64,000 nt of DNA from positions 64,001-128,000 of the forward strand of contig JBBRLQ010000002.1 in assembly GCA_038231275.1 (NCBI GenBank), in the 5' to 3' direction. This DNA is from Polyangiales bacterium. GTDB lineage: Bacteria; Myxococcota_A; Polyangia; Polyangiales; Polyangiaceae. Below, piece after piece: positions 49,349 through 57,726 of the stretch (positions within the stretch are counted from its first letter, which is position 1; every line of letters begins with the position of its first letter). Under the pieces are notes generated by a model. That model saw only the letters and a program-made list of their open reading frames with translations, was not told the DNA's origin and did not search any database. A program made the translations under genes and the position numbers.

Positions 49349-50733
49349 TGGAGCTCTGTGGCCTTGATGCGATCGATGGGCGGCTCGGCGTACGCGCCGG
49401 CCACGACCTTCCAGACGATGTAGTCGGAGATCGTGTTCCCGTTGTCGTCGAGATCGACGTTGCCGGACGCCCCCTTGTAGTCGATGTCCTGCCCGCTGAG
49501 GATCGCCTGGATCGCGTCGCCGAGCTGCGCGGGGCCGTAGGCGATGCCGCCCTTCGAGACCTGGTAAAGCGCGTCGCGGATCTTGGCGCCGTCGGTCACC
49601 GTCCCCGCCTGCACGATGGCGAGGATGGCGAGGATCGCGGCGTCGTACGTATTCGCGGTGTACGCGTCGGGCTGTTTCCCTGCGCCGAGCGGGAAGTATG
49701 CATTATACAAATTTCTGAAATCCGAGAACTCGCCGGTCGGGGGGTTCGTGTCGGGGTTGGTGCCATAGACGCCTTCGGCCACCGTGGGCGACGACGGGTT
49801 CGTCTTGTCGGCGCGGCCGTTGGTGATGAAGCCGGACGTGTAGACGCCGTCGGTACCGATGACGATGAAGTCCGGTCCGAGCTCGGCGATGCGCGACTTC
49901 AGGTCGACCATGTACTGATCGCCGACGTCGTCGTAAGCGATCAGGGCCTGGCACTGCGGGGTCGACTTGATGACCTGATCGACCTCCGCCTTGTAGTTGT
50001 CGGCGCGCTTCACCGGCACCTTCACGTTCGCGGTGATGGTGCCCCCTTTGCCCCGGAGGTAGTCGCCGACGACCTTCGACATCGCGTTGCCGTACGAATT
50101 GTCGATGTAGACCATCGCCATCTTCGTGCAGAAGGAGGTGCCCACGGTGCCGCCGTCCACGCCGCCGTCGGTGCCCCCGGTGCGCGGCGGCCCCTTCAGG
50201 GCGAAGAGGGCGACGGCCTTGCCTTGCAGATCGTCGGGCGGCGTCGTTCGGAAAAAGTAGCGATCGTGCGACGGCTGGATCGTGGACAGATCCGGCGAGG
50301 TCGCGCTCGGCGAGATCATGATCACGTGCTTGTCGGCCGCGAGCTTCTGCGTGGCCACGACCTGCGAGCTGCCGACGGGGCCGATGAGGGCTACGGCGCC
50401 GAGATCGAGCAGGCTCTGAACGGCCTTCGCGGCGACCGCGCCCTCGTCGCTCGTGTCGTCGACGACCTTGAAGGAGACGGGCCGGCCGGAGATGCCGCCG
50501 AGCGAGTTGATCTGACCCTCGGCGACGCGGATCGCGTTTTGAAGAGGCGCGCTGAACGAGTCGAGCGAGCCCGTCAGGCCGAGCGAGACGCCGATGATGA
50601 TCGGCTGGGCGGCGGGCGGCGTCGGCGAGTGCTCCTTTTGCCCGCACGCGCCGCCGGTCATCGGCAAGAGCGGGAGTAGCGACAGCGCCGCGACCTGCGC
50701 GAGGCGTCGCCCGAAGAAGCGACTTCTGATCAT
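49345..50733 (-). CDS. Periplasmic binding protein type 1 (LivJ/K-like) lipoprotein
   Basis: Lipobox GGAC; INSLGGISGRPV, ISPSATSPDLS, YFFRTTPPDDLQG, YDAA, IDYKGASG. Confidence 0.9.
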   Translation of the reverse strand: MIRSRFFGRRLAQVAALSLLPLLPMTGGACGQKEHSPTPPAAQPIIIGVSLGLTGSLDSFSAPLQNAIRVAEGQINSLGGISGRPVSFKVVDDTSDEGAVAAKAVQSLLDLGAVALIGPVGSSQVVATQKLAADKHVIMISPSATSPDLSTIQPSHDRYFFRTTPPDDLQGKAVALFALKGPPRTGGTDGGVDGGTVGTSFCTKMAMVYIDNSYGNAMSKVVGDYLRGKGGTITANVKVPVKRADNYKAEVDQVIKSTPQCQALIAYDDVGDQYMVDLKSRIAELGPDFIVIGTDGVYTSGFITNGRADKTNPSSPTVAEGVYGTNPDTNPPTGEFSDFRNLYNAYFPLGAGKQPDAYTANTYDAAILAILAIVQAGTVTDGAKIRDALYQVSKGGIAYGPAQLGDAIQAILSGQDIDYKGASGNVDLDDNGNTISDYIVWKVVAGAYAEPPIDRIKATELQ

Positions 50734-52616
50734 TTCAATCCAAGGCTCCTGCTGAAGTTCTCCCCGCTCTTGATGGTCACAGTATACGTCTGCTTGATGC
50801 CCTGGTCAGGGTTCTCGAGCGTGAGGACGTGGGTGCCGGCGGGGAGGGAGAGCTTGTAGAGGGGCGTCGTCCCGAGAGACCGCCCACCCTCGGACACCTT
50901 CGTGAAGGGGTAGGTCTGGAGGGTGAGGAAGCCCGGATCGTCCGACGCGGCGGGCTGCCCCGAGGGCGGCGGGGGCGGAGGCGGAGGCTTGTGGGTCGGA
51001 CCCGGGTGCGGGTTCGGGTTCGGCTTTCTTCCGCTCGGCGAGAGGGGCGGTGTGTCGTTCGTCGCGAGCGCGGACGCCGTCGGCGATGTGGAGAGCGGCG
51101 AAGACGCGGACGGCGCGGTCGGATCCACCGTCACGAGCGCGCTCGGTGTCGGTGCGGAGCCAACCGTCGCGGCCGCGTCGATCCCCGCGATGGGACCCGT
51201 CTTGACGTGCGGCCTCAAGAGGAGCGCCAGCGTGACGAGGAACCCGAGGCCCAAAAGGAGCGCGACGACCAGCAGCGCGACGCGCCCTCCCCCGCTCGGC
51301 TGCGGCTGCGGGTTCAGGTACTGCGAGGGGTGCGTCTGCACCGACGGCATCGGCGGCATGACGCTCTGCACTTGCCCCGAGTGCGCCATCGAGGGCGGGG
51401 GAGGCGCGGCCTGCTGCTGCGACTCCGGCGCGGGCGGCGGGTACGCGGAGATGACGCCGCTGCCGCTCCCGCTCCCGCCGAGCCGCAGGAGTTTCGTCGA
51501 GCCGTTCTGCTCGAGGCGCTTGAGCGAGTCCGCCGTCAGCGCCTGCAGCTCGCCCGTCGAGCTCGCCGCCGAGACCGCCGCCATGTGCGTCTGAATCTGG
51601 CGCTGCACCTCTTCGCGGAGGCGCAGGAACATGTTGCCGATGACGCGCCCGACGTCGTCCTGCTTCACGAGGCGGCCGGTGCTGCCGATCCACCCCTCGA
51701 GCGCGTCGCGCATCTCGGCGCCGCTCTGGAAGCGTCTGTCCGGCTCCTTCTCCAAGGCCTTCGCGACGATCGCGTCGAGGTGCGGATCGATCCCCGGCAT
51801 CACGCTCGAGACGCGCGGGATCGAGAGGTTCATCAGGCGGTGGAGCGTGTTGGCCGCGCTGTCGCCGGTCATCAAGCGCTGCTGGGTCAAGAGCTCCCAC
51901 AGCACGATGCCCATCGCGAAGAGATCGGCGCGCGCGTCGATGGGGCCGCCCATGGCCTGCTCGGGCGCCATGTACGCGACCTTGCCCTTGAGGACGCCGA
52001 CCTCGGTCTCCGTCGAGCTCAGCGCCGCCTTGGCGATGCCGAAGTCGACGAGTTTCACGTGGCCGTCGTACGTCGCGAAGATGTTGTGAGGGCTGACGTC
52101 GCGATGGATGATGTTGAGAGGTCGCCCGTCGTAGTCGCGGAGCTCGTGCGCGTGGTGCAGGCCGGCCACCGCGTCGGCCACGATGCGTGCACAATACATG
52201 GGGTCGATGCGGTCGCCCCGCTTGACGGCTTCCTTGATGACCTTGTTGAGGGACTGCCCCTCCAGGTACTCCATCGCGATAAAGTAGATCCCGTGGTGCT
52301 CGCCGACCTCGTACGTGTGGACGACGTTGGGGTGGTTCAGGCGGGCGGCGAGGCGGGCCTCGTCGAGGAACATCTGCCGGAACGCGGCCTCTTCGGCGAG
52401 CGCGGGGCGGAGGCGCTTGATGACGACGAGCTTGTTGAAACCCATGGGCCCGCGCGAGACGGCGAGGAACACGTCCGCCATGCCGCCACGGCCGAGGGAG
52501 GCGAAGAGCTGGTATTTGCCAAACGAAAACGCGGCGGCGGCGTTGGAGCCGGACCGCAGCCCTTCGACGATCGTGCCGGCCTCCTCGGCTTGCTGGCCAT
52601 TACCCGCCCCGGGCAT
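50730..52616 (-). CDS. Ser/Thr protein kinase with TM and C-terminal PEGA domain
   Basis: [41 protein letters not shown]. Confidence 0.96.
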   Translation of the reverse strand: MPGAGNGQQAEEAGTIVEGLRSGSNAAAAFSFGKYQLFASLGRGGMADVFLAVSRGPMGFNKLVVIKRLRPALAEEAAFRQMFLDEARLAARLNHPNVVHTYEVGEHHGIYFIAMEYLEGQSLNKVIKEAVKRGDRIDPMYCARIVADAVAGLHHAHELRDYDGRPLNIIHRDVSPHNIFATYDGHVKLVDFGIAKAALSSTETEVGVLKGKVAYMAPEQAMGGPIDARADLFAMGIVLWELLTQQRLMTGDSAANTLHRLMNLSIPRVSSVMPGIDPHLDAIVAKALEKEPDRRFQSGAEMRDALEGWIGSTGRLVKQDDVGRVIGNMFLRLREEVQRQIQTHMAAVSAASSTGELQALTADSLKRLEQNGSTKLLRLGGSGSGSGVISAYPPPAPESQQQAAPPPPSMAHSGQVQSVMPPMPSVQTHPSQYLNPQPQPSGGGRVALLVVALLLGLGFLVTLALLLRPHVKTGPIAGIDAAATVGSAPTPSALVTVDPTAPSASSPLSTSPTASALATNDTPPLSPSGRKPNPNPHPGPTHKPPPPPPPPSGQPAASDDPGFLTLQTYPFTKVSEGGRSLGTTPLYKLSLPAGTHVLTLENPDQGIKQTYTVTIKSGENFSRSLGLK

Positions 52617-52759
52617 CCCACATATGGACTATCCGTCCGGGGGGTCCCGGTCAAGGTGAGCAGGGCAAAGACCCTCGCAAATTCAGTGGGTTTTGCCGCA
52701 AAGGATGCGTGCGCTCCCGACGTACTACGCGGGGAGGTTCGCCGGGCGCGGCGTGCGGG

Positions 52760-53986
52760 TCAGCGCGTCGGTGCGGGGGTCGTCGTCGCGCCGCTCGCTT
52801 CGTTTGCGGACCACGCGAATTTGTCGATGAGCACTGTCGAGTCGAGGCGCCCGTCGCCGGAGTCCCAGATGGCGAGGAGGAGCGTGATGGTCCCGCCGGC
52901 CTTCACGGGGGCGGTCGTCTGGAGCCAGCCGGTCGCCGCGCTGTTGTCGAAGCCGGTGCCCTTGAGGCTCGAAGGACCCAGCGGACAAGGGAAGTGCTTG
53001 TTGGTGCCGAGCGGCGTCTGCGACACGCACGCCTGGAGGAGGCTGTTGTTCACGCTGACCGGGTTGCCATCCTGATCGAACGCGATGTTCGCGTCCGGGA
53101 GGTGCGGCGTCTGCGGCGTGAGCATCGCGACGTAGAAATCGTTGTACTCACTGCAGATGTAGTCGGGGAACTCGTACGTGAAGAAGTTCTCTTGGAACGT
53201 GAAGCTCTTCGCGTTCGTGGGCACGCGGATCGTGAGCTCCAGCGCGGCGCCGTCGTGGGCCTCGCCGGTGCTGATCCCCGGGCACGCGGGCGACTCCTTC
53301 GGGTACCCCGCGGGCGTGCCAGAGGTGTAGCCCTTGTTGTCGCCGCCGACGTCTTTGTAGCCGGAATCGCCGGGCGCGCGCGCGGTGCCGCTCGAGAGGG
53401 CGAGCATGACGCCGCCTTCTTGCGGCTTGTTTCCGCCGAGCGCCTTCAGGAGGCCGTGGCCCATCGCGTCGGGGAGCGCGTTTCCGTCGGGGAGCACGTA
53501 GCGCGCCGAGAGGACGCCCCAGGTCTTGCTCTTGCCGGTAGCCTTCGCGTCGGCCGACTTGCAGAGGCCGAGCGCGCGCGCGGCGTCCATCGCGTCGGCC
53601 GAGGCGATCGCGAGAGAGGCGTCGCAGGAGGCGCCGTCGTCGTCGATCTTGCCGTTGCAGTCCTCGTCCTTGTTGTCGCCAGGGACGTCGAACGCGCCGG
53701 GATTCACGTTCACGTCGCAGTCGTTGCAGTCGCCATCGGCGGACGAGTAGCCGTCGCCGTCGTGATCGGTGGTGTCCGCGAAGCCGCAGCCGTTGGCCTG
53801 CCCCGCGTCGCCGCCGTTCAAGACAGGGCCTCCGCCGGTGTCCGTCCCGCCCGGACCGCCAGCGCCGTTCGCGGCGCCTCCTTTGGTGGTGCCTGCCCCT
53901 TCGAAGCCGGAGCCCGACTTCGATCCCGAGCACGCAACCACCGTCACCAAGAGCAGCGTCGCCGACACGACACTCGAACGCTTCAT
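52760..53986 (-). CDS. Lipoprotein with acidic metal-binding repeat and choice-of-anchor-L-like domain
   Basis: Lipobox VVAC; DHDGDGY...DCND...NPGA...D.DCNG..DD; YEFPDYICSEYND, IWDSGD..LDS. Confidence 0.75.
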   Translation of the reverse strand: MKRSSVVSATLLLVTVVACSGSKSGSGFEGAGTTKGGAANGAGGPGGTDTGGGPVLNGGDAGQANGCGFADTTDHDGDGYSSADGDCNDCDVNVNPGAFDVPGDNKDEDCNGKIDDDGASCDASLAIASADAMDAARALGLCKSADAKATGKSKTWGVLSARYVLPDGNALPDAMGHGLLKALGGNKPQEGGVMLALSSGTARAPGDSGYKDVGGDNKGYTSGTPAGYPKESPACPGISTGEAHDGAALELTIRVPTNAKSFTFQENFFTYEFPDYICSEYNDFYVAMLTPQTPHLPDANIAFDQDGNPVSVNNSLLQACVSQTPLGTNKHFPCPLGPSSLKGTGFDNSAATGWLQTTAPVKAGGTITLLLAIWDSGDGRLDSTVLIDKFAWSANEASGATTTPAPTR

Positions 53987-54171
53987 GCGAGCCTCCACGA
54001 CCGCAGCCCCAACAGCAGGGCGAGCTTTCTTCGCACGCGCACCACGCGCACCGCCCGCGATTTCCTACGCTGAGACGCGAACGATAGCTTTTGAAGCAGG
54101 TTTCGCTACGTCTCGCACACGAACGGAGAACGGAGTTTATCTCTGGGCCCGCGTGCATTAAAACGCTGTGG

Positions 54172-54735
54172 ATGAAGGCCTGGATGAAGATCCGCGACAA
54201 AACGACGCAGAGATGGACGATCGGAGTGGCCGTCCTCGCGTCCGCGTTCGTCGCCGCGTCGCTCGCGGGGGCGCTGGCCTTCGCAGACGAGACGCGTACG
54301 ACGACGGCGATCCTGGACGGCGTGGAGCAGGATGCGGCGAAGAAAGCGGTGACCGTGGACCTGGTGAAGCGCGCTCGCGACGCCATGGAGCGCGCGGCGC
54401 GGATGAGGAGCGCGGGCGACGAGACGCACGCGCGGCAGGCGGACTTGCTCGCCCGTGAGTGGGCGGAGGCGGCGGAGGATCTCGCGCGCGCGGCGGAGGC
54501 GGAGCGAAAGGCGGCGGCGGCGCGGAGCGGTGCGCTCGACGCGGGAGCGCAGGCCGATCGCGAGCGCGCGCTCCTCGAAGAAGGGATCGCGCGCAACGGG
54601 AGACTCCGCGCGCTGCTGGATCAGACGTCGCGCGAGAAGAGCGACGCGCCGACGCGCACGTCGCTATCGGGCGCCGACGCAGGCGTGCCGAAGAAGCCGA
54701 AGGCGGGCCCTTCCGACGCAGGAGGTGACCGGTGA
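54172..54735 (+). CDS. Helical exported protein (DUF4398-like)
   Basis: N-terminal hydrophobic segment, Ala-rich coiled coil; GTGA overlap with the next gene. Confidence 0.6.
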   Translation: MKAWMKIRDKTTQRWTIGVAVLASAFVAASLAGALAFADETRTTTAILDGVEQDAAKKAVTVDLVKRARDAMERAARMRSAGDETHARQADLLAREWAEAAEDLARAAEAERKAAAARSGALDAGAQADRERALLEEGIARNGRLRALLDQTSREKSDAPTRTSLSGADAGVPKKPKAGPSDAGGDR

Positions 54736-55865
54736 TCGCCGTGGGCAAGCTCGGGGCGCTCGCGCTCGTCGCCGCGCTCGTGACGACGCTTGGCGCGTGC
54801 GCAGGCGGGACGAAGCTCGCCGCGCAGAGCCAGCTCGACGAGATGAACCGCGCACGATCGAGCGCGGCGGCGAAAGAGGCCGCGGCCCTCGCGCCGCAGG
54901 CGTTCGCGAAAGCAGAAGAGGCACGCCGCCTCGCGCTCGCGGCCGATCACGCGGGCGACGATACGGGCGCGGCGCTCCAGGCCGAGCGCGCGATCGCGGG
55001 ATTTTCCCACGCGTTCGCGTTGGCTCGCCTGGCGAGGGCGACGCGCGAAGAAGCCGAGGCGACCGCGCAGCTCGCAAAGGCCGCGGACGATGCGCGGCAG
55101 CTCACCGGCGCGCGCGAGGCCGCGGATCGCGAAGGCGACGATCTCGACAAGCAGGTCAAGGTGGCGCGCGAAGCGCTCGCGCCGCCTCCGAGCGGGCCCG
55201 CCGATCCGCAGCGCGACGCGGCACGCCTCGTAGCTGCTCGCGCGCTCGCGACGCAGGCCCGTCTTTTGTGCGGCGCCGCGCACCTGCTCGCGCCGGCGAC
55301 CGCAGGGCTTGCCGACGCGGAGCGTGGCCTCGACGAGCTCGACAAAACGCTTGCCGGCACTCCGCGACCTGCGCCGATCGATCCCGCGTCTCGCCTGCGC
55401 GCGACGTGCCTCTCGATCCTCTCGAAGGTGCGGCGCGAGGCGGGCGGCGGCGGCACCGCGCAAGGGGACACTCTCCTCTCCGAGCTGTCTGCGGCGGCCG
55501 GTTGGGATCCGGTGCGCGACGAGCGCGGCGTCGTCGTCACGCTGCGCGGCGCGTTCAAGGGCACGGCGCTCGTTCCGGCGATTGAGTCGAAGCTCGCCGA
55601 GCTCGGTCGCGTCGCCGCCGCACACCCCACATTCAGCGTGCAGCTCGTCGTCCACGACGCCGAGGCGCCGAGCGACAAAGAGACCAAAGCCGATCGCGAG
55701 CGCGCCGACGCGTGCGTGAAGGCGCTCGTCGGCGGCGGCGCGGCCTCGGGCAAGGTGCGCGCCGAGCTCGCAGGCGCCCGCGCGCCGGTGGTCGATCCGG
55801 AGGACGTCCCCCGACGCGCGCGCAACGCACGTGTCGAGGTCGTGTTCGTGGCCCCGGGAGGCTGA
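54732..55865 (+). CDS. Lipoprotein with helical N-terminus and divergent OmpA-like C-terminal domain
   Basis: Lipobox LGAC; APQAFAKAE; ERGVVVTL, RA..., RNARVEVVF. Confidence 0.72.
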   Translation: MIAVGKLGALALVAALVTTLGACAGGTKLAAQSQLDEMNRARSSAAAKEAAALAPQAFAKAEEARRLALAADHAGDDTGAALQAERAIAGFSHAFALARLARATREEAEATAQLAKAADDARQLTGAREAADREGDDLDKQVKVAREALAPPPSGPADPQRDAARLVAARALATQARLLCGAAHLLAPATAGLADAERGLDELDKTLAGTPRPAPIDPASRLRATCLSILSKVRREAGGGGTAQGDTLLSELSAAAGWDPVRDERGVVVTLRGAFKGTALVPAIESKLAELGRVAAAHPTFSVQLVVHDAEAPSDKETKADRERADACVKALVGGGAASGKVRAELAGARAPVVDPEDVPRRARNARVEVVFVAPGG

Positions 55866-55871
55866 GCGCGG

Positions 55872-56378
55872 ATGCAGCGCGCCTTCGTCGTGATGCTCGT
55901 GGGCGCGGGGCTCGGCGCGGGCATGTGCCAGAAAAACATCGCCCGGCCGCCGGTGGAGGAGGTGCCGATTCGGGATCCGAGCGAGCTCGCGGCGATGGCG
56001 ACCCCGACTCCGACTCCGACTCCGAAGCCGACTCCGGCGGCGACCCCGACGCCGACTCCGACGCCGGGCGCGCCGATGTTCACGCCGACGACGAAGGACG
56101 ACCCTCCCGAGCCTCCGCGCGATCGCGCGTTCCCGAAGCAAGCCGATGCATGCAAAAAGGACGACGACTGCGCCGCGACGAACCTGGTCCTCGGTGGCGA
56201 GCTCCTTTGCTGCACGCCATGCAAACCGGTCGCGGGCACGAAGGCGTGGGTGCGAAAAATCGAGCAGGTGTGCCAGCAGAAAGCGAAAGCGGGCCTGAAA
56301 TCGCGCTGCGGCGCGGCGTGGGACTGCAACAAACCCGACGCGGAGTGCCGCGCAGGCAAATGCGCGGTAAAGCCCTAG
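55872..56378 (+). CDS. Cys-rich exported protein with Pro-Thr linker
   Basis: Hydrophobic N-terminus, (PT)n, CKKDDDC...CC..C...C...C..GKC. Confidence 0.6.
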   Translation: MQRAFVVMLVGAGLGAGMCQKNIARPPVEEVPIRDPSELAAMATPTPTPTPKPTPAATPTPTPTPGAPMFTPTTKDDPPEPPRDRAFPKQADACKKDDDCAATNLVLGGELLCCTPCKPVAGTKAWVRKIEQVCQQKAKAGLKSRCGAAWDCNKPDAECRAGKCAVKP

Positions 56379-56402
56379 CCACGGCTCTCTCGCAACTCCC
56401 GT

Positions 56403-56927
56403 CTATGGGCGCACCGCAACGTCGAGGAACGCAGCCATGGCGGCGCATCGCGAAACGTAGCGGTCGCGTGTCGTCGCGACGTCGTCGGAGAGCGAGATGT
56501 CGCCGGCCCGCGTCCCGATGACGAGGCCAAACGCCGGAACGCCGTTGGAGAGCGGCGTGTCGGAGATCGCCACATCGACGACGTCCGCGACGCGTACCGA
56601 CTCCACCTTCACGACGTGACCGCGGCGCCGCCACTCGATCGCGAGGTCCTCGCCGTCGACTCGGAAGCGCACGACGGTGAAAAGCCCCTGATACGCCAGC
56701 GTCCCCGGAACGAAGCTGGTGAGGACGAAGACTACGGCCATGAGCGCGTAGACGCCGGCGCCGGTGCCAGTCGCGCCCGCCGCCAGCGCTGCGGTCAGGG
56801 CGCCTACCCCAAGGCACACCGGCACCGCGAGCGCGAACAGCACATTGGTGAGAAGCATGCCCGGACGCACGTCGAGCACCCGTGAGCGGCCATTCGCAGA
56901 TCCACGGTACGGCGCTGGTGAGCCCAT
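56403..56927 (-). CDS. Hypothetical two-TM membrane protein
   Basis: N-terminal PYR motif, two hydrophobic helices, beta-rich tail. Confidence 0.5.
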   Translation of the reverse strand: MGSPAPYRGSANGRSRVLDVRPGMLLTNVLFALAVPVCLGVGALTAALAAGATGTGAGVYALMAVVFVLTSFVPGTLAYQGLFTVVRFRVDGEDLAIEWRRRGHVVKVESVRVADVVDVAISDTPLSNGVPAFGLVIGTRAGDISLSDDVATTRDRYVSRCAAMAAFLDVAVRP

Positions 56928-56953
56928 TGGTCAAATGGTCCAGACGTAAGCGG

Positions 56954-57664
56954 CTAGGGCACGAGCTTGTAGCCGAAGCCGTACACAGTGAGGATGTGCG
57001 CCGGCTTGTCGGGGCTCTTCTCGATCTTCTTTCGTAGCTTCACGATGAAGTTGTCCACCGTGCGGTTCGTCGGGAGCGACTCGAGACCCCAAATCTTCGA
57101 GAGGATCTCGTCGCGGCTCACCGGCTGGCCGATGCGCTCGACGAGGAGGCGCATCAGCTCCACCTCGTAGAACGAGAGCTGGTGCTCCTCACCGCGCACC
57201 ATGGCGGTGTGGGCCGCGAAATTGATCTTCGCGTCGCCGACGTCGAACGCTTCCGGCGCCGTGCTCCCTCGCTGCGCGCGGCGAAAGATGGCGCGCATGC
57301 GCGCGATGAGCTCGTTCACGCTGAAGGGCTTCGTGAGGTAGTCGTCCGCACCGGCGTCGAGGCCGCGGATCTTGTCCGTCTCCTGCGAACGCGCCGTCAG
57401 CATGATGATCGGCACGAACGAGTTCCAGCGGCGGATCTCTTCGCACACGTTGTACCCGTTGATGTCGGGGAGCATGAGATCGAGCACCACCGCGTCGGGG
57501 CTCTCCGACCGCGCGAGGGCGATCCCTTCCTTGCCCTTCCCTGCCGTCACGACGCGAAACCCCTCGAACTCGAGCGAATCCTTGAGGCCCATCACGATGT
57601 GGGGCTCGTCCTCGATGATGAGGATCGTCTTCTTGGCGGTCGGAGCGGCCATGCGCAGCGCCAT
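56954..57664 (-). CDS. OmpR/PhoB-family response regulator
   Basis: IIEDE, LDLMLP, GADDYLTKPF, RTVDNFIVKLRKKIE, TVYGFGY. Confidence 0.96.
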   Translation of the reverse strand: MALRMAAPTAKKTILIIEDEPHIVMGLKDSLEFEGFRVVTAGKGKEGIALARSESPDAVVLDLMLPDINGYNVCEEIRRWNSFVPIIMLTARSQETDKIRGLDAGADDYLTKPFSVNELIARMRAIFRRAQRGSTAPEAFDVGDAKINFAAHTAMVRGEEHQLSFYEVELMRLLVERIGQPVSRDEILSKIWGLESLPTNRTVDNFIVKLRKKIEKSPDKPAHILTVYGFGYKLVP

Positions 57665-57671
57665 TAAACAC

Positions 57672-57704
57672 GAAGGGCGCGGAGACGAAAGCCCCGCGCC
57701 CTTC
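57672..57704 (-). terminator. Hairpin, probable terminator after the VWA lipoprotein gene
   Basis: GAAGGGCGCGG/CCGCGCCCTTC 11-bp inverted repeat. Confidence 0.7.
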
Positions 57705-57726
57705 TGTAACGCTTAGAGACGTCCGA

